DNA of 27,063 bases from Verrucomicrobiota bacterium (GTDB lineage Bacteria > Verrucomicrobiota > Verrucomicrobiia > Limisphaerales > Palsa-1400). A program made the translations under genes and the position numbers. The notes under the pieces were generated by a model that worked only from the letters and a program-made list of their open reading frames with translations, searched no databases and was not told the DNA's origin. Position 1 is the first letter of the stretch; each line of letters begins with the position of its first letter. Shown piece after piece: positions 15,676 to 24,144 of the stretch. The DNA lies in NCBI GenBank assembly GCA_049510745.1, contig JBEKYR010000060.1, positions 1 to 27,063 on the forward strand, in the 5' to 3' direction.

Positions 15676-18600
15676 TCAGTGTTCGAAGGCGCTGAGGAAT
15701 TGGGGCAGGGGCAGGAGGTTGGTGTTCAGGCTCAGGGGCAGCGTGGCGCCGGTGTTGGTGGAATTGGTCAGGAAGCTCCATTGGCGCAAGTCGCGCGAGT
15801 TGGAGATCACCACGATGGCCTGGGGGGTCAGCCCGGCCACGGTCAGGTTGAGCGCGCCGCCCGTCAGGGAAAGATTGGTGAAATCCGGCCGGCCGACCGG
15901 GGTGGAGAAATTAAAAATACCGGACCAGGTTCCCCACTGCGTGCTGTTGCTGGCCTGGACTTCCCAATAGTAGTTGGTGTTCGCGTCCAGCCGCACCGTG
16001 TCGCCCGGGCCGGGGGGATTGCCGGCTATGTTAGTGTTGACTACAACGGTCGGCCCTCCGCTGATGCTTTCCGGCGCCGTGGGCAGATCGCCGCTGACCG
16101 TGGCCACGATCAACTGGTAGCCCGTCGCGCCGCTGACCTGCGACCAACTGAACGCGGGCACGGGCGTGGACGTGCCGGCGTTGGCCGGCGCGCTCAAGGC
16201 CGGCGCGGGCAGATAGCCCGGCACGCTGACGTAAGCCACCGGCACCGCGCCGGTGGACCCGAAAACGTTCGCGGCCACGACGCTGTAGGTCCCGGCGTCC
16301 GCAAATTGGACGGAAGAGTCACTGTAATTGGTCCCGGTCGCGCCGTTGATGAGGCCGCCATTGCGATACCATTGGTAGGCCGGCAGGGACAGGGCGCCGT
16401 TGGAAATATCCGCCGTCAACTGGAAACTGGAAAGCTCCTTCTGCGTCAGGCTCGCCGGGGAACTGATGCCCGAGACGGGGGCGACGCCAAATTGATAATT
16501 GACCTGGACGGTTCCGCTCATGTTGTTGGCCCCGTCGATTTCCACGACGTAATCGTCCCCCGCCGTGCCGGCGAACGTGACCTGGGCAAAGCCGAGGGAG
16601 GCGTTGTAGGTCGCGCAGGCGACGGGGTTGTAGTTCCCGGACACGTACTGGTAAATGTCCAGCACCACGTCCTGGAACGTGCTGCAGGAACTGGAACACG
16701 AATCGTTGACGATAAAAGTCCCGTTGGCCGTCGGCGTGAGTCCGAGGTAGATGGCGTTGTTGCAGATGTCATAGCACGAATCCTGGCTGTTCCGCCCGTT
16801 GCCATTGTTGACAGTAAGCTGGCCCAGCGTCCCGATGGAAACGGATTGAAATCCGCCGTCCAGCTTGCGCAGATTCGAGGGCAGGCCGGCCAGGGCGTCG
16901 AACAAGTCCTGTGATTTTTGGAAGGAATGGAACCCGACGGGGCCGATTTCCAGCGCCGCCTGCGCGCTGTCGGCCACCAACCCGTTCGCATCCGTCACTT
17001 CCACGCTGTAAAACCCGACGTTGGCGGCGGTCACGTTTGTAAACGAGAGGGTGGCGCTGGTCGCGCCGGGCACGGCCAGCCAGCCGCCGTTGTACCACTG
17101 ATAGAGGAGATTGGACGGCGAGGCGGCCGAAGCCGCGGCGACGTTCAAGGAGGCGGAGCCGTTCAACGACGCCGCCGTGTTCACCGGATGCTGGGTGATG
17201 ACCGGGGTGGGCACGGTGTTGGTGGCCAGACTCCACGACAGTACGATGTTCCCCGCCCCGTTGCTCCCGCGTCCATCCACAGCGATGGCGTAGTTGCTCC
17301 CCGCCAGCGCGTAGAACTGCGCCTGGCTGGTCAAATAGCCTCCGCTGTCGTCATCGCCCGCCACCGTGGTCAGGCTGGCGACGTTGGTTCCGGTATAGAC
17401 GCCCAGAAGCGTGTCAAATGAACTGCCGCGCGTGTTGATCGTGGCCAGGCCGGTCCGCGTCGGAGTCCATTGCAGCCAGACGGAGTGGTCGCCGAATTTG
17501 CCTCCGTGGTACGGCTCCCCCGTTTCGCGGGTGGCGTTGAAATTGCTGCCAACGCCGACTCCGCTGAGGCCGAAGATCGCGCCGCGATTGGCAAAGCCGT
17601 CGGAAAACGGCAGCGGGACGCCGGAATAAGTCACGACGACCGGACTGGTGGTGACCGCGCCCACCGCGTTGTAGATCGCCTCGGTGTAGGTGCCGCCCAA
17701 TTGCGGCAGGGCGCTGGCGATGGCGTATTTCGAGTTGGTCGCGCCATTGAGCAGTTGGCCGTTGAGCCACCATTCGTACTTCAAGGGGCCGTCGCCCGTG
17801 ACGGCCGCGCTCAAGCTGGCGCTGCCCCCGTTGGTCAGCGCCACCGCGATGGGTTGAGTCACGATCGCCGGCGGATTGAGCACCGTCAACGTCGCGCAAT
17901 CAATGTTGGTCAGCGGAGTCGCATCGACCACCACGACACAATAAGCCCCGGCGCTGGCCGACGTCGCGGACGGAATTGTCAGGGTCGAGGCGGTGTTGGT
18001 TTCGCTGAAGACGGGAGTGCCATTCTGTTGCCATTGGAAGACGAAGGGCGGCGTGCCCAGGGGCGCAATGAAGAAAGTCGCGGGTTCGCCGACCGCCACC
18101 GTCTGGTTCACCAGGTTGGTCGGCGGGAGGGCCGGATACCCATTCGACGATTCCACCCAGAAGGTCAGCCCGGAATAATCCGCCCCGCCCTGGAGGTAGA
18201 ATCCATTCCCCAGAGTCAGTCCGCCGGCGCTGGAGAAGCCGCCGGCATGAGCGCCCCAGTTGAGCAGGCGAAAGGATTGCGACGGGCCGGGGACGAAGCC
18301 GCTGTCGAAGTTGAGGTTGAACCTTCCCCCCATCTGGAAAAACCCGCCGGCGGTGATCTGCCCGAAATTGTTCGTGCTGTTGACGGGCAGGGTAAGAAAT
18401 GAGGACGCGCCCAGGGACATATTGCCGAGAATGTTGATGGTCCCGCTTTGGATCGCGAGGTTCCCGTAATTCCCGAGGGAGCCGCCTCCGGTCACGTTGG
18501 CGGCCAGGACAACGTTGCCGACGTTGACCAAGGCGGCGTTGCTGGACACGGTCATGCCGGAAAGAGCGATGTTGAGAGTGTTATTGGAACTGACCAGCAG

Positions 18601-20379
18601 CGTTTGCGAGCCGCTGCCGCCACCCAGCGTCAGGCTTCCGACGATGGCGTTGGTGTCGAGAAGCACGGTGTAAACTCCCCCGTTGGTGATGAACACGATA
18701 TCGTAGGGGCCTGGCACTTTGTACGAAAGCCAATTGGCCGGATTGCTCCAGTTGCCGCCGCCGGTATTACTCCACACGTTGGTTAAACCGGTGACATTGA
18801 GCACGCCGTTGGAGATCGTTACGATATAGTTGAACAGCCGGTTGTTCGGGTCCGCCAGGCTCGGGACAATTGGATACGTCCCCGCCGGGCTGGAAATGGT
18901 GGCGCCGCAATTGTAGGTCGCGGTGATGTTATCCCCGTTGGTCAAACCCGTCATCGTGCCCGTGAACGCCGGGTTGGCCTGGCCGTAGGGGCGCGTGGCA
19001 TTGTCCGCGGCGACGCTTAACGGCGCGGGCAGAACCACCAGGGGAACCGTGTCCGTCACGCTGTTGTACAAACTGGTGTTGCCAGGATAAAAATAGACGG
19101 TGAGCCAATTGGTCCCGGTGTCCAGAACGGCCCCGAAAGAGGGCAAGTAATCGAAGGTGCCGCCGACACTGGCCGTCGCATCCAATTGGTTGGAAGTCAG
19201 GGCGGCGCCGTAGGTGATGGGAGCGGGGTTGATCCAGGTCACCTGGGCGGTGGGCGGTTCGTCACTGAAATAAACCGGGCCGTTGGTGAAGCTGCCGTTG
19301 GCATGGAGAAGATTCAGATGGCGATTGCCTTCACTCGAATTGGCGGCCGAAACATTTTCCCACACCGTGCCCGGCTGGATGGCGTACTTGAAGTAACGCT
19401 CCGCTCCGGCCCCGTCCACATAACGAATCACCGTGCTGTAAATGTTGGACGCGCCGCCGGCCGGGTTGTTCGTCATGGTCTGGCCGCTTCCCCAGTTGTT
19501 AAAGTCTCCATGGATTTCCACCGTGTCGCCCGCGGGGAAGTTTCCCGCCTTGATCTGGGTCGTCATATCGATTTCAAACGTGACGTTGTTGGTGACGGTC
19601 ACAGCGAGGGGCTCGTCGCCAAAGGAAACAATCGGCAAGGTTTGCGTGGTGATGGCAAAAAAGCGGTTGTTGGTGTAATCACGATCCGAGTCGTTCGAAC
19701 TGGGATTTTCCCAAATGCCGTTGGTCTGCATGACATACTTGAACTCGGCCGTTCCATTGGTCGGGCCGGTTATGGCAATGACGCCCACATAGACGTCGGA
19801 GGTGACAATCCCGGTCGCGTTGGTGGTCAGGATGGTTGGGTCGTTGGTCAACGTGCCTGCCGATCCCCACCCGTTGAAGGTGCCGTGGACTTCAACCGTC
19901 GAGCCGGCGTTGGTGTTGAAGACGCCGAGGTTGATTTGCTCGGCCATATCGACCTGGAACGTCACATTGGCGGTGATCGTCGGCCCGGCGTCGCCATAGA
20001 ACGCCGCGGGCAGGAGCAGGCTGCCGCCGCCGGTGGGGAGTTGTGCGCAACGATTCTGCCCGTCCGTCGTGTTCTCATACTGCGAGCCGTCGATGACGTA
20101 TTTGTAAAGCAGCACGGTTCCGTTGGCGTCGGTGGTGTCGTCGGCTGTTCCGCCGTAAAGGTTGGGATTGGCGGCGGTGGGGTTGTTGGTCAAATCGACG
20201 CCCGCGCCCCATCCGTCGAATGTTCCCTGGGCGGAGACGGTATCGATCCCCGGGGAAAAGATGCTCCCATTGATCTGTTCCGTCATATCCACTTGGAATG
20301 TCACCTTTGTATCGGCGGACGCCGCCACGGCGCTCAAGAGCAGGGCGGCCAGAAGTGCGGATTTTGGTGTTCTTTTCAT
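15676..20379 (-). CDS. Giant secreted multidomain protein: 3 CBM20-like repeats, MBG, beta-helix-like segment, several Ig-like domains, PPC-like domains, FN3-like domain, C-terminal domain
   Basis: Signal peptide MKRTPKSALLAALLLSAVAASA; 3x VTFxxDM...GxFxxWG...[YF]KY...E...NR; MBG ADNATRPYGQANPAFT; GGNWSNPANW; Ig FQWQQNG/YEWWLNG/YQWYRNG; GEPYHGG...SVW...TRGSSFDTLLGVYTG; ANTNYYWEVQA. Confidence 0.88.
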   Translation of the reverse strand: MKRTPKSALLAALLLSAVAASADTKVTFQVDMTEQINGSIFSPGIDTVSAQGTFDGWGAGVDLTNNPTAANPNLYGGTADDTTDANGTVLLYKYVIDGSQYENTTDGQNRCAQLPTGGGSLLLPAAFYGDAGPTITANVTFQVDMAEQINLGVFNTNAGSTVEVHGTFNGWGSAGTLTNDPTILTTNATGIVTSDVYVGVIAITGPTNGTAEFKYVMQTNGIWENPSSNDSDRDYTNNRFFAITTQTLPIVSFGDEPLAVTVTNNVTFEIDMTTQIKAGNFPAGDTVEIHGDFNNWGSGQTMTNNPAGGASNIYSTVIRYVDGAGAERYFKYAIQPGTVWENVSAANSSEGNRHLNLLHANGSFTNGPVYFSDEPPTAQVTWINPAPITYGAALTSNQLDATASVGGTFDYLPSFGAVLDTGTNWLTVYFYPGNTSLYNSVTDTVPLVVLPAPLSVAADNATRPYGQANPAFTGTMTGLTNGDNITATYNCGATISSPAGTYPIVPSLADPNNRLFNYIVTISNGVLNVTGLTNVWSNTGGGNWSNPANWLSYKVPGPYDIVFITNGGVYTVLLDTNAIVGSLTLGGGSGSQTLLVSSNNTLNIALSGMTVSSNAALVNVGNVVLAANVTGGGSLGNYGNLAIQSGTINILGNMSLGASSFLTLPVNSTNNFGQITAGGFFQMGGRFNLNFDSGFVPGPSQSFRLLNWGAHAGGFSSAGGLTLGNGFYLQGGADYSGLTFWVESSNGYPALPPTNLVNQTVAVGEPATFFIAPLGTPPFVFQWQQNGTPVFSETNTASTLTIPSATSASAGAYCVVVVDATPLTNIDCATLTVLNPPAIVTQPIAVALTNGGSASLSAAVTGDGPLKYEWWLNGQLLNGATNSKYAIASALPQLGGTYTEAIYNAVGAVTTSPVVVTYSGVPLPFSDGFANRGAIFGLSGVGVGSNFNATRETGEPYHGGKFGDHSVWLQWTPTRTGLATINTRGSSFDTLLGVYTGTNVASLTTVAGDDDSGGYLTSQAQFYALAGSNYAIAVDGRGSNGAGNIVLSWSLATNTVPTPVITQHPVNTAASLNGSASLNVAAASAASPSNLLYQWYNGGWLAVPGATSATLSFTNVTAANVGFYSVEVTDANGLVADSAQAALEIGPVGFHSFQKSQDLFDALAGLPSNLRKLDGGFQSVSIGTLGQLTVNNGNGRNSQDSCYDICNNAIYLGLTPTANGTFIVNDSCSSSCSTFQDVVLDIYQYVSGNYNPVACATYNASLGFAQVTFAGTAGDDYVVEIDGANNMSGTVQVNYQFGVAPVSGISSPASLTQKELSSFQLTADISNGALSLPAYQWYRNGGLINGATGTNYSDSSVQFADAGTYSVVAANVFGSTGAVPVAYVSVPGYLPAPALSAPANAGTSTPVPAFSWSQVSGATGYQLIVATVSGDLPTAPESISGGPTVVVNTNIAGNPPGPGDTVRLDANTNYYWEVQASNSTQWGTWSGIFNFSTPVGRPDFTNLSLTGGALNLTVAGLTPQAIVVISNSRDLRQWSFLTNSTNTGATLPLSLNTNLLPLPQFLSAFEH

Positions 20380-20402
20380 GGGTGGGCCTATCGCGCCGCG
20401 GA

Positions 20403-23400
20403 TTAGAAGTTGAATTGGAAGCTGGTGGTGAACGTGCGTGTTCGCGGCAACTCAGCGTAGAGATTCAGCGGGTTGAGTTGGTAGTCGTGCCCGGTCAAAT
20501 TGAGCACGCCCACCTGGACCTGCGCGTGACGATGGAAGAAGCGATAGCCCGCCAGCAGATTGATCTGCCAGAACTCATCTCCCGGCAAGGCGGGACTGTA
20601 GCCGTAGTTATACTGGTCGTTCCACTGCGCTTCCGCGCGCGCGAAGAAGCCGCAGGAATAATTGAACAGGGCATACAAAGAAAGCTGGCTCAAGGTGGCG
20701 CCGTTTCGGAAGCGGTAAGCGCCCGAGACGTTCGCCGGGACCACCGGGTAAGCCGTGCCCAATTCCGCGTTGCTTAACTCATAGCTCGCCCCCGCCGCCC
20801 AGTCCCGGCCCAAAAGCTGATGCACCGCCACCAGCAGGTCCTTTTCCCGGTAATCCAACTGCTCGGGCGTCGCGATGGGGTAAAACACCGGTGGCTTGGG
20901 CGGGAAACCGCCCGCAAAATACATATCCAGGCCGCCCGCCATTTGATTGACTTTCGAGTTCAGCAGGTCGCCCTCAATGTTCAGGTAAGTCCCGGTCGGA
21001 AACTTCTGGTCCAATGCCAGGCCAAAAGTCTCAAATTTCGCGCCCGCGGTGGCGCCGGCAACCGAGTCCGGGATCAGCGAACGGTAGGCCTGGGTAAACC
21101 CGGCCACCTGGCTTGGTTCCAGCCGGGTGCTTTGATCGAAGCTCACGCCTCCCAGCGAGCGCGTGTAGGCGAAGCGCACCGTGGTGTCGCGCCCCGGCGT
21201 CCAGGTCACTCCCGCTTTGGGCGAGACTTGGTCTTCCGAGGTGTCGCCTTTGGAAACCGGCGGCGCGCGGAAGTTCTCAGGCATGAGCAGATAATCATAG
21301 GTGACGCCGCCGATGACTTGCAGCGGATCGAAGATGCGCCAGTAGTAATAGCCGTAACCGGCGGCCCGTTCCACTCCGGGCCTGACGTCTTCGGAAAACG
21401 GAAAGGAAGACGAGTAAGTCACCGCGCTGACCACGTTGTTGCTGGCCAGTTTGGTCGGCGTCGTGTGTCCCAGCGTCGATTCCGTTGGTATGTCCCCGGT
21501 TTGATAGCGGGCGCCGAGAATGACCCCGTAACTGTGCTGCTCAAAGATTTGCTGCGCTTCGGCGGAATAAAGGGACAGGCTGCTTTGGTAGGACAAGCCC
21601 GCCGTGGGCAACGAGCCGGCCGGGACCCCGATGATGTGGCCCGCGGCGTTGGTTTGAAAAAACAGGAGCGGTTGCGTGGCGTTGGTCAGGTGGTAATCAT
21701 CCTCAAAGCGCCCCGCCAGGAGCAGCGTGTGAACGCCCGGCGACCATTCATGGTGATAGCCCAACAGCAGGAGCGGTTCCTGCGATTCCTCCGTGCGCAA
21801 CGTCGGGTCGGCGCTCTTTTGGTTGTAGTACTGGGTCAAATCCCCGCCTTGGGCGTCATAGTAAATGGTCTGGAAGAATACCGTGTCGCGGGCGGTGACG
21901 GCTTCCTTGGCTTCCGCCGAGACGGTCCACTGGGACGTGTCATTGTTGGTCCGCTGGCCCCGGTCATAGCGGTAGAAGGTGTCCAAGGAATAGCCCGAAT
22001 CGCCAAAAGTGCCGTATTGCGAAGCGGATTGCGTCCAGGCGCCGCGGCTCAAGTACTCCGTGCTCGAAGCCACACCCAGGCCGTCGTGCTCGAAGAGTTT
22101 GCCGTACTCCTGCTGGGAAACCGATTGCGAGAGCGTGCCGGCGGCCACGGGCGAGAGCAGATTGGCCAGCAGGTATTCCGTCTCCCACGGCGTTTCGTAA
22201 CGCAGGTTGACTTGATTGGGGTCGCGCAGTTGATTGTAGCTGTTGGCCAGAAACCAATGCGCCGAGTAATTGCCGTAATCGGCGTTGACCGCCCGCGCCG
22301 CCTCGCGGACGCTGACTTCCTCCAGGCCCGCGTCCTGGTAAATACCGGCCAGGTTGGCGCCCCGCACGGCCGCGTCCTGGTCCAGCAACAGCCGCGAGCG
22401 ATAGACCGCGCGGTTGTCGTTGAGGTCTTGCGCTTGCTCCAGTCCCTTAATCGCTTCGTTGACCCGGTTCTCCTGCTGGCGGAGCAGGGCGAGATAGAGG
22501 AGGCTGGTCGGATCGTTGGGATCGAGCCGGCGCGCCAACTCCAGTTCGTGCCCCGCGCGCGCGTCTTGGTGAACCTGGCTGAAGGCCTTGCCCAGGTAAC
22601 TGCGCGGCAGCGCGCGGTTGGGCGCCAGCGCCGCCGCCACTTCCAGGTCCTCCAGCCCCGCCCGGTTCTCTCCCCGCCGAATCCGGCACAACCCGCGTCC
22701 CAGCCAGGCCTCATCCAGCGCGCCATCCAGCGCGATGGCCTGCTCGAAGGCTACGAGGGCCGGCCCGATCCGGTTTTCCGCGGCCTGGAGAAAGCCGTGC
22801 AGGACGGCGGCTTGCGCGTTGCGCGGCGCCAGCGCGGCGCTCCGGCGCAAGGCGTCTTGGGCCGCGCTCACGCGGCCAAAACTGAATTCCAGCTCCGCCA
22901 CCCGCTCCCAGCCGAAGGCGAATTGGGGCGATTTCTCCACCGCCCGCCGCGCCGCCGCCAGCGCCTGCGGCAACCGCGCGCGCGATTGCTCGTAATAGGA
23001 TTGCGCCAGCCATTCGGAAGCCAGTTCCGGCGCGCGGGCCGGCGTGAACTCCTGGAATTTCACCGCCGCGATCACCTCCCGCAACGCGCCCGCCAGCCTG
23101 GCCGCCTGGCCCGGCCCCGCCGCCACGCTTTCCAATTCTTTTTGACACTCCCCGGCCAGTCCGGCCGAAAGCAGCAATCCGGCGTGGAAAACCCGTTCGT
23201 CCGCCGAGCCGGCCGGCGCCGGCGCCGGAAATTCTCGCAGCGCCTCCAGCAGATCGCCGCTCCGATACGCCCCCAGCGATTCCCGCAGCGATTCCGCCTC
23301 GGACGCCGTCAGGTTCAGTTCGCCGGCGTCCAAAATTCCGGGATAATAAAGCGTCCATTGGATGACGTTGACGGCGTTGAGGAGGGGCGACTTTCGCGGT

Positions 23401-23969
23401 GCGGCGCCCGGCTCCACGACGGCCTGCTCGCCGGTCTGGAGACTGACGGAGCCGTGCTCGTTGGACAAATCCACCTGGCCCTCCAGCATCGCCAGGTCGG
23501 TCCGCCCATCCTCCCGGACCGTCAGATTGAACTCCGTGCCGCGGATGGCCCCGGAAGCGGCGGGCGTGCGGAACTCGATTTCGCCTGGCTGGTCGCGATG
23601 GAAAAGATAGACCGCGCCGGAATTGAGGTCCAGCGCGGAGACTTTGCCGGTCGCCTTGGGCGGTCGAATCTCCAGTGTGGTCAATTCAAACACCCGCAGG
23701 ATGCTCAGGTTGGACAGGCGCAAGGTGGCCCGGCTGCTCTTTCCCGTGCGAATCCGGTAGCCTAACGGCAGCACCTGGTTGGTTTGCCCCGGGTTCCACG
23801 CCGGCGCGCCCGCCGGAGAAACCTCCACCTTGCCTGAAAATGTCAACAGAATAACTTCTGCTCCGCTCCCTGCAGCGGGCTGCTGTCCCGGCGCGGCGAA
23901 CCCCGCCCCGAAGACAAGCAGAGCGGCAAATCCCGCAGTTGCCAGTTTGTCAGTGAATGGCCTCATCAT
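20403..23969 (-). CDS. FecR-domain + TPR + outer-membrane beta-barrel protein (NsrA-like / TonB-dependent-receptor-like barrel)
   Basis: Signal peptide; FecR-type RIRTGKSSRATL...RTPAASGAIRGTEF...LEGQV; Ala-rich TPR helices; C-terminal amphipathic strands ending in beta-signal FTTSFQFNF; start ATG 23969 or 23966. Confidence 0.87.
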   Translation of the reverse strand: MMRPFTDKLATAGFAALLVFGAGFAAPGQQPAAGSGAEVILLTFSGKVEVSPAGAPAWNPGQTNQVLPLGYRIRTGKSSRATLRLSNLSILRVFELTTLEIRPPKATGKVSALDLNSGAVYLFHRDQPGEIEFRTPAASGAIRGTEFNLTVREDGRTDLAMLEGQVDLSNEHGSVSLQTGEQAVVEPGAAPRKSPLLNAVNVIQWTLYYPGILDAGELNLTASEAESLRESLGAYRSGDLLEALREFPAPAPAGSADERVFHAGLLLSAGLAGECQKELESVAAGPGQAARLAGALREVIAAVKFQEFTPARAPELASEWLAQSYYEQSRARLPQALAAARRAVEKSPQFAFGWERVAELEFSFGRVSAAQDALRRSAALAPRNAQAAVLHGFLQAAENRIGPALVAFEQAIALDGALDEAWLGRGLCRIRRGENRAGLEDLEVAAALAPNRALPRSYLGKAFSQVHQDARAGHELELARRLDPNDPTSLLYLALLRQQENRVNEAIKGLEQAQDLNDNRAVYRSRLLLDQDAAVRGANLAGIYQDAGLEEVSVREAARAVNADYGNYSAHWFLANSYNQLRDPNQVNLRYETPWETEYLLANLLSPVAAGTLSQSVSQQEYGKLFEHDGLGVASSTEYLSRGAWTQSASQYGTFGDSGYSLDTFYRYDRGQRTNNDTSQWTVSAEAKEAVTARDTVFFQTIYYDAQGGDLTQYYNQKSADPTLRTEESQEPLLLLGYHHEWSPGVHTLLLAGRFEDDYHLTNATQPLLFFQTNAAGHIIGVPAGSLPTAGLSYQSSLSLYSAEAQQIFEQHSYGVILGARYQTGDIPTESTLGHTTPTKLASNNVVSAVTYSSSFPFSEDVRPGVERAAGYGYYYWRIFDPLQVIGGVTYDYLLMPENFRAPPVSKGDTSEDQVSPKAGVTWTPGRDTTVRFAYTRSLGGVSFDQSTRLEPSQVAGFTQAYRSLIPDSVAGATAGAKFETFGLALDQKFPTGTYLNIEGDLLNSKVNQMAGGLDMYFAGGFPPKPPVFYPIATPEQLDYREKDLLVAVHQLLGRDWAAGASYELSNAELGTAYPVVPANVSGAYRFRNGATLSQLSLYALFNYSCGFFARAEAQWNDQYNYGYSPALPGDEFWQINLLAGYRFFHRHAQVQVGVLNLTGHDYQLNPLNLYAELPRTRTFTTSFQFNF

Positions 23970-24144
23970 AGCATTGCGCGATTCCCCCACCGCTCATGGG
24001 ACGGCGCGGGCGCGCCAAAAATGGATCAATCGGGTTCTGTTTTTCCTTTTTTTACGCTTTCCGTCCGGGAAAACAAGCATTTTCCAGCAAACCCAGGTTT
24101 GCGAATTGCGCCGGGCCGCAAAGGAGCGTATCAATTCAGGCCGG

